The position numbers and the translations under genes were made by a program. From the NCBI GenBank assembly GCA_951406725.2, contig OX597817.1, positions 67,146,001 to 67,210,000 on the forward strand: a DNA stretch of 64,000 bases, given 5' to 3'. The notes beneath the pieces were generated by a model. It saw nothing but the letters and a program-made list of their open reading frames with translations, had not been told where the DNA came from and searched no databases. Of this stretch, positions 13,541 to 25,559 are shown piece by piece (positions within the stretch are counted from its first letter, which is position 1; each line of letters opens with the position of its first letter). This stretch comes from Octopus vulgaris (taxonomy: Eukaryota).

Positions 13541-13989
13541 TGGAGGTTTTGTTGCACACATACAGAGACACAGACATATACATGCATATCACAAGCACAC
13601 ACATACACGTGCGCGCATTTGTATGTATCTCTCTATCTATCTCTTTATATATGAATATGAGTTCACCTAGCCAACAGTTTTTTTAAACCCCCACTCCTGT
13701 TTATTTACTCCAAAAGAAACAAACTTGAGATATTTTCCTGTTTTGTTCAAGTTATCGTTTATCATTGACATACTCTTACCTCTATGCTCCCTTTTCATGC
13801 TTTCTTAACCATAATCCCTGTCGAAAAGATAATATTGCGTTACACCTCTCTCAGCTTTTAGAATGGTAATTCTTAAGGATAAGTATCAGAGATGTTCTTA
13901 CACAACACGCATTACATCACAGGGGAATTTACTGATATACGCTTACTTTTCTATTTATGGGTTTAATAATAATAATAGTAATAATAATG

Positions 13990-14062
<73 letters not shown>

Positions 14063-16563
14063 TGATGATGATGATGATAATGGATGCGTGAAGTTAACTT
14101 CCTTGAATTTGACAGTTCTTATGAAAGTCCTCTGGGATAACAGCGGGCAAACCCAGCTTCGATATCAGCGTGAAATATGAAAAAAAATAAAGAAAATTTC
14201 TATATTGTTAAGCTGAGAACACGAATGAAACAGCGTAGTTTTTCTTCCTTGTGTTTAAAAATTTTTATTTATTTAAATCCTGAGCATTAAAATCCATGTT
14301 TGAAACATCTCTAATGTTTTTGTTATGTCTTTTGGGTACGATTTTACATTGATAAATAAGGAAAATTACTGTGATTTTCTTTCCCCCAATGTTAAAGAAA
14401 TCACCGGACTACTTTAGTAGTTTAAAATGACACTTAAAACAAATGGCTGTTTCATTGTCATTCTCCGCTCAATGTTAGCGTAAACGTTATATGGTGCAAT
14501 AAACTACTCCCAGTGAAATGAATACGCTGTAAAAATATGTTTGAAAAGCTTTTATTTCTTTTCCATGTATTAAATCTTTCAATACAAAATAAAGAAGGAT
14601 ATATGCACATATATATCAGAAAGCTAATCTTTTACACTAATTAAAAAATATTAAATTGAGATTATTTTTCTGTGTATTTACTGTAAAGTTAATTAACAAA
14701 CTCAATATTAATTAACAAACTCAATTAAACAGATGGTCTATAGCAGTGATTCTCAAAATGGAGAAATTCCAGCACCCTCAATGCGCGCGCGTGTGTGAAT
14801 TTTCTACAAAACCTACTCCTTTGAAGAAGGTGCGTAGCCTGTGGTTACAAAGTGGCGCTGTTGGAAATACACAGATGAATCCCATTTCATCTGTGAATCT
14901 GGTTGGTCTGCAGAAAGGGCATCCACCAATAACCTGATGGACTCTGCTGATTTGTTTGTGTTTGTATCACGGTGACATCAAAGTATTACATGTCAGGTAG
15001 TTCTATATAGTGTGTATATTCTTTGGTTGATGCAAAAATTAAAAAGAAGAATGAGCCATGTTGCAGTAGGCACATTACAAGAATCGACTTGAAAGCTTAC
15101 TTCTCAAGTTGAAACGTCTTGTATCAGGTCTATTTGGTGCAGTGTTTGGAGAAAAATGTCTCTCAGACTCCGTGTACTACAGATCTTGCTTTTTGTATTA
15201 AGTGTTGGTGACAGGATCCAGACAAAACCCCGCCTCGGTCAAAACCCCTTAGTTAAAGTGCGAAAGCGGACAAAACACCCTCGGTTATATTTTTCGGTTA
15301 TTTTTCGTTTTCCATTGAGAATTTTTCCAGCTACAGAATAACTGAAGCTAGGATTCGAGACTGAATCCACATTTTTATTAATTGTCAAACAACTTTAAAG
15401 TGCGTGTGTATATTTGACTAGAATAAAAATGACCATCTCGAAATATAACAATAAATTTTTCTCTCTGCACTTAGAGATTAATGACGATGAGTTGGCCTCT
15501 TGATCTTTCTCCAGTCATGGAAGAGTTAAGAGCATGGCTTGTCACGAATTATCTTTCGGCCAGGTGCCGCCTTGACCGAAAAAGCAGGCGCTAATGATGA
15601 TGACGATGGTGATGATTATGAAGATTTTATCCTGGCGGTATTTTCTCCAGGTCTATTTAATGCAGTTTTTGGAGCAGAATGGTCTGTTAGATACCGTGTA
15701 TTACAAGGTCTTCATTTTGGTATTAAGTGTTGCTGACACACAGTCCATGGAGTATGCAAGACTGAAGTAGTCGTTTGTCATTGATGCTGTCATTCTCATA
15801 CCGTGTCAGGCACCTTGGCCGGAAGTTATGAACAGCAGCCCTCTAGTATTGGAGTCATTAAGCCGCAGTAGCTGATCCTGGTTTGGAGTTTTCTTCGCAT
15901 CTTTTTTAATGTAGAGGTCGGAGTATGGACATTAACAAAATAAAGAGAAATTCCTCGTCGAATTTACAAGAAGATTCTGACTACTTACTAGTTGTCAAAG
16001 AAGAATTATAACCGATGCTTGTTTAGAATCTGTTAGAGTCACAGTCCAAGAGTTCTCATCTCGGCATCTGTTGGAAATTTTTGTGCGAATTATTCTAAAA
16101 CAATTTTCAGTCTTTCAATATTTTTCTGGCGCCACAGACAACAATTCCAGAAGCTTAAAAACTCTGTAATCTGAGGAATTAAATTTTGCAAACACACGAA
16201 ATATTTTAAGGAATCTGAAGAAAATGTAGATTTCAAAGTTTGCGAAGTGTAAGCAGAATAAGATCGAAAAGGCTTTGTAGAATTTTGATATCCAAATAAA
16301 AGACATGATATTATAGTACTCAACAAAGAATTAAAGGAATTTGAAAGAAAACAAGATAGTGTTAAGAATTTAGGTTAAACCTATTAATAATATGAGGAAT
16401 GAGAACAGGTGCAATGCCAATATTAGCAAACTAGGCATAATTTTCATATATATATATATATATATACATACATAATTACATATATACATACACACATAAA
16501 TTGTATGTGTGTGTGTAAATATATGTAAGTACGTATGTGTGCATATGTGTATTGAAAACTCAC

Positions 16564-16704
16564 TTCTATCATAAACAACAACAAGAGAAACATATCAACA
16601 GTAAGTATAAACTTCTTGAGACTTGCTAATGTGTAAGAAAAAAGTACAAGATGGCAGAAGGCTTTAGATCTGAAGTGATAGAAAGATGTTACACATACTT
16701 TCAT
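16564..16704 (-). CDS. Candidate alternative first coding exon (..MFLLLLFMIE, phase-0 donor)
   Basis: Open frame from ATG 16704 or ATG 16593 to GAA|GTGAGT at 16564/16563; possible acceptor CTATCACTTCAG near 16671. No homology recognised. Confidence 0.25.
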
Positions 16705-16735
16705 TTTCCAGTGAGCAACACTTAGATTTAAAACA

Positions 16736-16804
<69 letters not shown>

Positions 16805-17050
16805 CCTTTCTACCATAGGCACAAGGCCTGAAATTTTGGGGAATTACATCGACCCCAGAACTCGACTGTTATTTATTTATCGAGCCACAAAGGATGAAAG
16901 GCAAAGTCGACCCGGCAGCATTTAAATTCAGAATGTGATGACAGACGAAATCCTGCTAAGCATTTCGCCCAGCGTGCTAACGAGTCTGACAGCTCACTGC
17001 ATTAAAAACAACAACAACAACAACAACAACAATAATAATAATAATAATAA

Positions 17051-17407
17051 CAGAGAGGCAAACCTCCGTCAAGGCATCACCAACGTCCTCTCAACAGTTA
17101 GTCAGAGATAATTTTTAAAACGAGAGCATCTGAAATAAACTCGACTGCTCACACGAACGAAAATTCTGAAAATGAACCCGATCGCTCTCAAAAATTGAAT
17201 AAAGAAAACAGGAAACATAATCCAGAATCCTTTTCCGGTACCGGATTGATCCCAAAATCTAATCAGTTCGTGCCAGTAACAAGGCCAAAGAACTCTGAAA
17301 GTTCCATCCGAATCCATCCAGCGGTTCTTGAGATATCTTGTCTACGGAGAAACAAAGAAACGCGACTGAAATCAATACCTCCGCCTTCGCTAAGGCAGGG
17401 GAAATAA
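17051..17407 (-). mobile_element. Non-autonomous Crypton-like (tyrosine-recombinase class) element inside (AAT/AAC)n
   Basis: Minus strand begins TTATTTCCCCTGCCTTAGCGAAGGCGGAGGTATTGATTTC and ends GCCTTGACGGAGGTTTGCCTCTCTG. As recalled, these resemble CryptonA non-autonomous termini. No TIR or TSD. Confidence 0.55.
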
Positions 17408-17426
17408 TTATAACAACAACAACAAC

Positions 17427-17461
<35 letters not shown>

Positions 17462-17589
17462 AATGATGATGAAACAAAGAAGAAGAAGAAGAAGAAGAAA
17501 AAGAAGGGAAATATTAGAAATTTCCATTACCAGTGGCCTAGCGTGTAAAAATTTAGCCAATAGACTATATTATTCATGTAAATACAGTA

Positions 17590-18660
17590 TACGTTTAAGC
17601 ACATAAGAGGTATCCATCATAGGACTACCTGCACGCTAGAGAGGATAGTTAAATTTCAAACAACTATTAGGGATAAAATTTCGAAGAGAATGAAAAATAA
17701 AAACATTTACCATCAAACTCCTGGACCAATGGTTTCAGACTCTTTTTAGCAAATAAAATAATTTGCTAGGCGAAGCGTTCTTCAGCATGTACACCTTAGA
17801 TTAAATATATATATACACGAGGCAATCCAGTATATGCCCCCTGCTTATACATTCTAATTTTTCAAATCTACCGCGCCAAATCTGTCGGCAGTAAATAAAT
17901 ATGCCGGCTTTTCCATTTCGAAAATTATCCAAGAAAAAATAATAATTAATGATATCAAAAGGTAATGGAAATTTCTAATATTCAATTTCAAACACGTCTT
18001 CATACCTCAGTATTCCCTCTCCAATATCAACTCACGTCCATAATTCCGCTAACCACTGCTATCTTGACCACCAAACTCGCCCTTCACTCTGTCCAACTTT
18101 CTATCTTCTCTCATACTTTTCTACATACCTCAGTAATATCCCTCTGCCATTGAACTAGGCACTTTACTTCCCATAAACAATTGCCATTCCTTTTCTCACT
18201 ATCTCAACTTTCAATAATTTTATATCTATTATTCCTAAACTTTAACAAACCCAGCACAACTGACTACCATTCAAATACTATGCACCCTACCCATCTCGCT
18301 ACCTCTGATACTACCTCCCTTAATACCTTTGTTATTAACCCCTCACTCTTCTTGAACTATCTTTTCTTTTCTCAGCATTCCCTGTCTTAATACCCCCTAT
18401 AACACCACTGCCCCTTATCTCTCCACATTTAATCACCCCATCTTTGAACTTCTCTGCATTAAGATCTGAAATGTAAGACCATCTCTTCTTATCCAATGTT
18501 AATTGCATCCATACAGCCACATATTGTAATGAATTTAATCTACCAACATTATTATGGCTCACCGAGACCCAGCAAAAACTGTTGGATTATAACACCTTTC
18601 TTCCACCCCTTTAATTTTCTTTGTAGTTTGTACTCTGTGTAAGTTGGACCTATCAATATA
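17590..18660 (-). mobile_element. Degenerate Penelope-like 3' end/pLTR relic with a hammerhead-like remnant at ~17718-17790
   Basis: Minus strand reads CTGAAGA..TAGCAAAT/ATTTGCTA stem..GAAACCATTGGTC; the surrounding sequence is decayed with no intact ORF. Confidence 0.4.
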
Positions 18661-19454
18661 AATATCTATATATTTATACTTAAATATTCATAATCTGAAA
18701 GTCTCCATCTTTTGCTTTTTTCCCGTTTTGCATGTATACATATTTTGTATTTCACGCCCAAACTAATATATGTAATGTATCTAATTTGTTTATCTGCATA
18801 ATTGCCTCTTTCTCTGTCTCTGTCTCTCTCTATATATACGTATGTTTGTGTGTGTATGTGTGTTTGTGTAATCGCACATGAAGTGGTGTACATGATACAA
18901 ATCGTGAAATATTACAAATGAACCACACTGGTTCTATAAATATAATTAGAATCAAGCAAGTTATTTTGATTAATGTAAGGAAAGATGAAAAGAGTAAAAA
19001 AAATTATACATTTACATATGTATGCGTGCGTGTGTGTAAGAAAACAAAATACTGTTAGAACTAAAAGTGAAATTTACTTAGTAACAAAGGTTTAATTAAA
19101 GATAAACTTTAAAAAAAACTGAAACGTAAATACTACTGACAGAAAATATAGAAAACATCTCTTGGTTAGTATTTTGCGAACAGAACAGAGAGTAAGTCTA
19201 TATGAAAGCAAACATGATTCTGAACGAGAGAAAAAAATTATTTAAAAAAAATTATAAAAATAGAGTCGTTTATCTGTCTGCACAAGATCTGTGTGTTTAG
19301 GGAGCTCACTTTTGCGAAGACGTGGTTTTCGAGTTTAGTCCTACAACGTGGTACCTTGGGCAAGTGTCTTCTACACTAATGTCCCGGACCGAGTGCGCTT
19401 GTAGTCTGCATTACCATGGTGGATGAGAGGATTTCCATGTATATATACGTGTGT

Positions 19455-19486
<32 letters not shown>

Positions 19487-19947
19487 TTGAGCCTCCAACT
19501 GTTTGACAAATACTGTTTGTTTACATCCTCGTAACCTAGCAGTTCTACAAAAAAAGGCCGATAGTATAAATACCAAACTTTAAAAAGTTAAAAAAGTACT
19601 GGGATCGATTTGTTTGATTAAACCTTCCAATGCGGTGCCCTAGTATGACCTCAGTCCATTGATTGAAATAAGTAAAAATGGCAAATGATAATTCTTCTTT
19701 CTTGTGTCTCCAGAACGACAGATGAATGCCTTTTTTCTCTTAACCACTTCACGTAGCTGATTCAGAAAGAGAGGAAAGGTAGCAGCAATTTCCACGATAT
19801 ACTTGTCGACCTTGAAGTGATGGAATGCAAACTTGACCTCGGCGGAATTTAAATTCAGAACGTTTAGTACAAAAACTAATCCCACAAGCTAAATTTGTTC
19901 GACGTTGCAACGCTTCTGCCAATCTACCACATTTATAGTAATTCCTT

Positions 19948-22675
19948 TGTAACGAACTTCGAAAGTGAATATCTTGTCTTGTACTTTCGGGGTACAAGAA
20001 AGCAATCACTAGCCGTTGCTTTAATAATCCAGAATTCTACCAGTCAGAAACAACAAGACGCAGACGTAAAATATATATATACTACTTTATTCTCTTTCTT
20101 GGTAACAATAACAATAAGTGGTTATCTGATGTCCTTGGTTCGGGGCGCGCAAGGCTGAAAGTTAATCGATTGTAATATTTACAATATTCAGCCGCTAACA
20201 CCGGAACGGGTTCAAGATGGCGTCGAACAGGGAAGTTGAATGTGGTCGGCAACAATTTGGTTAAAGGCATTCGGCCGACTGCTGCTAGAATCAAGTCCTG
20301 ACGGAGAGAGAATATACGTGACCGTTGCCTTCGATAGCCATGTCTCAAAATTGCCGCTGCTGCTGCTAGCGGTCAAACGTTCTACGTCCCCCTTCCTCGC
20401 TAACTGCTACGTAGGCAATAGGGTTCTTCTTCCGGTGCTTCGCGCATGCGCGAGAGGGCCCTTCCTCTCTCTGCCTTGGTAAAGGCACCAACACGCGCGA
20501 AATACAAATGGACGGTGCGCGAGCGCGCGCCGTTATAGGATCACTACAAGGCTCCCCTCCAGTGCGTACGCACGAAAGGAAACTTATTGTAGTGACTGCA
20601 AAACTCAAGGTGGACACCAGATAACCAAATAGCACACAATAATATAATGGCAAAATTTATAACATACACAAGAAATTTACTAAAGGAAAAAGAGAAAAAA
20701 TACTCAATGAGCAAAAATCAAGAGTGCATGCATGAAAGTGTATACGTCACAAAGTATAGAGCCTTCCGCTGTAGGAAGCGGAGGGAAAGCAAAAACTCAC
20801 AGTCAATGAACCTAGGCGAAATTAAATCCAACTTCTCTAAAGGTGGTTAATCCTGCAAAATAGCAGTTAAATCAATTGCTGCAGGAGAGGAAATGGAATT
20901 GACAGAAGCTCGCTAGTAACACAAAAGGCAAAAGTGCAAAACATGCTGGTGTGATGCGCGACACAGATAATTTTCTGTTAATTACGTGACCAACAGTGGT
21001 CTAACAGGGAAAAATAATTACGCCTAAACATGGCGCAGCGCATGTGAACATCCGACGTCCACTGTATTTGTCGGGAAAAGAATTAAGCTAGCGCAAACGT
21101 GTTGCAAAAAACAAGGCAATACACGTGCGAAGCAAGGCGCATGAAATGCAATAGTGCTTGCCAGACCAAAAAAACAGCAAGAATATGCCAGTGGTTGAGC
21201 GATTATATGCCTCGTTCGTACAGGAACAAAGGTATGACATGCTGGCGCGTTATAATGGACAAACAACCCTCTCTATGTATACGTGACCGCTAGGGTCTAT
21301 AGAAATGAGGGGTGTCCACAAAAGGCAAATTCAGCATGGAAAAAAAAAACAAGCGAGAAAAGCATGTGTGACGTATGTATGTGAGAGATAGCATTTATGT
21401 GTGTGTACGTGTGTGCGACAAAAATACATACAAGGTGAATGCGAGCAAAAAAATAAATACAGCGCATAGAAAAAAAAATGTCTCTCAAGGCTATTTCAGA
21501 CAATGGAGTTAGTTTACCAGTCTATAATAGCCTGAAGCACAATAGCAGTTCGTTCTGTAACAGAAATGTTGAAATCACAAAATGCAGATGCCGGTTGAAC
21601 ACAATGTGTAGCGGTTGTAGCTTCGATGCTGTGACAGGTTAACTGGAACAGAAGAATCTCGTAGATAGACGGTGCTGTAAATCCTTGGTGTGCATATGCA
21701 CATGCAGCGTGCACGCTAAAGTTCCGCGAGTTGCTATGTACATCTTGTGGAGGTCGACGGTGTTGAAAGGCGACGGTGGTGGTGGAAGGCGACTGTAGTG
21801 GACTTGAGACAACATCGTTCTTAGTGATGATGGCGACGAAGATAGCGACGACGTGAAGTAGAAAGACGACGATGACGATGACGAAGGTGGAGAAAAGGCA
21901 TCGATGATGTGATGGCGTTCGTCATCATGGCTGTAGAATAAGAAAGAGGCTCCTTCTACAACTGTTTGTAGTGGCCGGAAACAAATCGTCGAAAGATGAT
22001 GCGTAGAGTTAAATCGTGTTCCGATTTCGCAGAAAAACTGGATTTTTTTGTTGTTAAGTGATCTCTGGTTTTAGACCAGAATCACGTCGGGGGGTCACCA
22101 GTGTAACGAACTTCGAGAGTGAATATCTTGTCTTGTACTTTCGGGGTACAAGAAAGCAATCACTAGCCGTTGCTTTAATAATCCAGAATTCTACCAGTCA
22201 GAAACAACAAGACGCAGACGTAAAATATATATATACTACTTTATTCTCTTTCTTGGTAACAATAACAATAAGTGGTTATCTGATGTCCTTGGTTCGGGGC
22301 GCGCAAGGCTGAAAGTTAATCGATTGTAATATTTACAATGTTCAGCCGCTAAAAACAGAACGGGTCAAAAATGGCGTCCGGGTGAAGAAGATGATTTGAC
22401 TGCAACAATTCAGGTTAAAAGTCTTCGGCCCAAAGACTGCTGCTATCAACCGGAGAGAGAGCGAATTAAACGTCTACTTCTATGAAATGCCTGCCGCTGT
22501 CTGCCGGACGCTAATGGTCAACCTTTACGCTCCCTTGCCTCTTTGTTAAGGCTCGGCTCGCGCTCCCTTGCTAAGGCCACGTCAGCAAGGCCACGTCAGC
22601 AAAATTCCCTCTTTCGGACTTCGTGTATTCGCGAGAGGGCGTTGCGCGCGCGCGCTGTTGTATAGGATCACTACA
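19948..22675 (-). mobile_element. Complete non-autonomous Gypsy-type LTR element, 2728 bp: 5' LTR 22675-22102, PBS ~22100-22080, non-coding interior, PPT 20560-20549, 3' LTR 20548-19948
   Basis: Both LTRs are TG...CA. 4-bp TSD CCTT at 19944-19947 and 22676-22679. PBS TGGTGACCCCCCGACGTGATT is complementary to the 3' end of metazoan tRNA-Trp. PPT GGAGGGGAGCCT. No gag/pol ORF. Confidence 0.93.
22080..22100 (-). promoter_or_regulatory. Primer-binding site for tRNA-Trp
   Basis: Plus strand AATCACGTCGGGGGGTCACCA versus tRNA-Trp 3' end AATCACGTCGGGGTCACCA (two extra G); lies 1 nt from the LTR end. Confidence 0.88.
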
Positions 22676-22679
22676 CCTT

Positions 22680-23480
22680 CTTCAAGAGGCACAAAGCTAT
22701 TTGTTTACATCGACCCCAGTACTCAACTGGCTCTTATTTTATCGACATCGAAGGATGAAAGGCAAAGAATTTGAACTCAGAACGTAAAACCGGAATAAAT
22801 GTCACTAAACATTTTGTCCGACTTGCTAACGAATCTGCTAGCTTGTCGCCTTTATAATATATATTTCTTTACTACCCACAAGGATGAAAGGCAAAGTCGA
22901 CCTCGGCGGAATTTGAACTCAGAACGTAACGGCCAACGAAATACCTACTTCTTTACTACCCACAAGGAGCTAAATACAGAAAGGACAAACAAGAACAGAC
23001 AAACGGATCAAGTCGATTATATCGATGCCAGTGCGTAACTGGTACTTATTTAATCGACCCCGAAAGGATGAAAGGCAAAGTCGACCTTGTCGGAATTTGA
23101 ACACAGAACATAGCGGCAGACGAAATACCGCTGAGTATTTCGCCCGGTGTGCTAACGAATCTGCCAGCTCGCCGCCTTTCGGCTTTATAATATGGAACAT
23201 GAATGTTTTAGAAGTACAATTTTTTTTCTTCTTAATTTAAGCACAACGTCTGATATTGTGTGGAAGGTGGCTAGTCGATTACATCGACCTCAAAGCCAGG
23301 CACAAGGTATGAAATTTCTCTTTTAGTGGGTCGGAGGCAGTTGATTACATCGAGTTCAGTACTTGATCCTAATAGGATCAAAGAGAAACGTGATCTTGGC
23401 GGGTTTTGAAGCTGGGACGTAAAATACCGCTAAACATTTTGTCCGATGCTCTAACGATTCTGCTACCTTGCCACCTTTGA
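22680..23480 (-). mobile_element. Cluster of at least four head-to-tail SINE family B copies of different ages
   Basis: Recurrent GGATGAAAGGCAAAG(TCGACC)..GAATTTGAACTCAGAAC at ~22753, ~22882, ~23066 and degenerate at ~23375; the copy at ~22862 is internally deleted. Confidence 0.85.
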
Positions 23481-23490
23481 CCAGCTAATT

Positions 23491-24059
23491 CAGTGGTACT
23501 CAACGATTTATTTTTTGCCTATTTTACATGGGTGGACCCTCATAGTTATTCAATGCTTAAAGGTCTTTGATTATATTTTTATAGTTAAATATTATTTGGT
23601 ATTATTATTCTTTTATTCTTTTACTTGTTTCAGCTATTAAACTGCAGCGATTATGGGGCACCACTGCCGGTCTCTTTTGCCGAACCGCTAAGTTACGGGG
23701 GACGTAAACATACCAGTACCAGCTGTCGAGCGGTGGTGGAGAAAACACAGACACACAGACGACACACATCCCAAACACACACACACACATATATATACGA
23801 CGGGCTTCTTTCAGTTTCCGTCAACCAAATCCAATCACAAAGCTTTGGTCGACCCGAAGCTATAGTAGAAGACACTTGCCCAAGGTCCCACGCAATGGGA
23901 CTGAACCAAGAACCATGCGGATGAGAAGCAAGCTTCTTACCCCACAACTACTTCTATAAAAAGAAATTAAAAAAAATATTTCGTGTATTGTGTAGAAATA
24001 TAAGCAATTCATTCGTATGGACTCCCGCAATTAATATGGACTCCCGTTGAGAACCCCTG
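23491..24059. mobile_element. hAT (Charlie-like) MITE with a nested SINE family A (~23606-23950, - strand)
   Basis: TIRs CAGTGGTACTCAAC / GTTGAGAACCCCTG; interior similar to 31357-31607. Confidence 0.7.
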
Positions 24060-24464
24060 TGCTGAATAATAATCATTGTTTCTATCATGGACACGAGGCC
24101 TGAAATTTAGTGAGAGGGGTTAATAATAACAATAATTTTAATATTGATTAAACAACTAGAGAACTAATAATTTAAAAAAACCCCTGAGCAGCCATTAAAA
24201 CAGTGACAGTAAAAATCGTATCAACAGTGGTCATCATAAGAAGTTTTAAAGAGTCCCAAATACTCTCTCTGTCTCTTACTCTCTCTGTGCCCCTTTCTCT
24301 TTCTCTTTCTCTCTGCCTCTGTCTGTCTCTCTTTCTCTCTGTCTGTCTGTCTCTCATCTTGCCTGCTTCTCACAATGGAATCAATTGTTTCCTAATTTAG
24401 ACCTTTGTCAGACTACTGGCGACACTTGGTTTATTTTGTTAGTGTAAAGAAAACGAAGACGAAA

Positions 24465-25095
24465 GAGGAGGAGGAGCAGAAGGAGGAGGAGGAGGAGGAG
24501 AAGAAGAAAGAGGAAGAAGAGGAAGAAGAAGAAGACAACTACAATTAAATTTAATGGTCATGGTGCTGGTGGTGATGATAGTGATAGCAGTGGAATAGAT
24601 GTCGTGGTGGTGGCGGCGAACATCGACGTCGTTGTTGCTGTTATAGTGATAGTTGGGGTAGTGATAATGTTGGTATGGGGTGGTGATAATGGCGTAGATG
24701 AGGGTATGTAGGTGGCGTTGATGTGGTGCTTCTTTTATAGTGATAGATGTGTTGACGGTGGTACTGGTAGTAGTTGTGGTGGTGGTGGTGGTAATAGCGT
24801 TGATGGAGGTGACAGTAGTAGGGTTGGCACTAGTGATGGTGGTAATGATGGCTGTTAGGATTGCCGTGAGGATGATAGTGATGGTGGTAGTAGTGCTGGA
24901 GTGCTGGTAGTAATGGTGGTAATGGTGGTGATGGCTGTAGTGGTAGTAATGATGATGTTGCTGCTGCTAATGTTGGTGTTGGTATGATGGTGGTGGTTGC
25001 TGTGCTAGCGGCATTGGCGGTACCGATAGTATTCAACATTTCACGATGGTCATGGTAGAGTTAGTGTAAGCGGTCGTATTACTGGTGGTCATGGT
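24465..25095. repeat. Degenerate (GGA/GAA) and (GGT/GAT) trinucleotide tract; similar tract at ~27700-28230
   Basis: Seen directly; stops in the apparent frames. Confidence 0.85.
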
Positions 25096-25303
25096 AAATT
25101 CTGAAGTTGCAGACAGTAAGTAACTGTAAGTAATGAGAGAGAGAAAGGAGAGAGAGAGAGAGAAAGAGAGGAGAAAAGTAGTGAGTAGAGAATGGACATA
25201 GAGAAAAAAAAGAAAAGACAAAGAAACAAAAAATAGAAGTTAATATATCAGTGAAAATTAGTTCAGATGGGCATACGCAAACAAACGACAGACTCACACA
25301 TAT

Positions 25304-25356
<53 letters not shown>

Positions 25357-25371
25357 TACACACACATACAC

Positions 25372-25434
<63 letters not shown>

Positions 25435-25559
25435 TTAAACCACATGGTGATAATCTCGCGTTTTTAGACCATCACACTATCGTCTGTTTTGCCGGGCTTG
25501 CCCTTTGTTTTTCTATGAAGAATTTTTCCAGCAGATCGTCGGTGTGGCCATGTGGCCTT

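Noticed and set aside
19714-19778. Plus-strand exon after TTCTTCTTTCTTGTGTCTCCAG
   Set aside because: All three frames contain stops and the donor GTAGCA is weak.
21514-21930. Short element-strand ORFs in the LTR interior as gag
   Set aside because: Under 70 codons, low complexity, and no capsid or zinc-knuckle motif.
22080-22100. tRNA-Trp gene
   Set aside because: Only the 3'-terminal ~20 nt including CCA is present, next to an LTR, so it is a PBS.
19895-22312. Repeated ORF ..YFRGTRKQSLAVALIIQNSTSQ.. (also 1267-1566) as a duplicated gene
   Set aside because: It is the antisense translation of the LTR R/U5 region; the recurrence is explained by the LTRs.
22680-23480. CRISPR-like or prokaryotic repeat array
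   Set aside because: The units are SINE copies of irregular length in eukaryotic DNA; there are no cas genes, operons or bacterial ORFs anywhere in the window.
24830-25221. Ala/Thr/Pro/His-rich minus-strand ORFs as a transcription-factor exon
   Set aside because: Degenerate trinucleotide tract with frame breaks and no domain.
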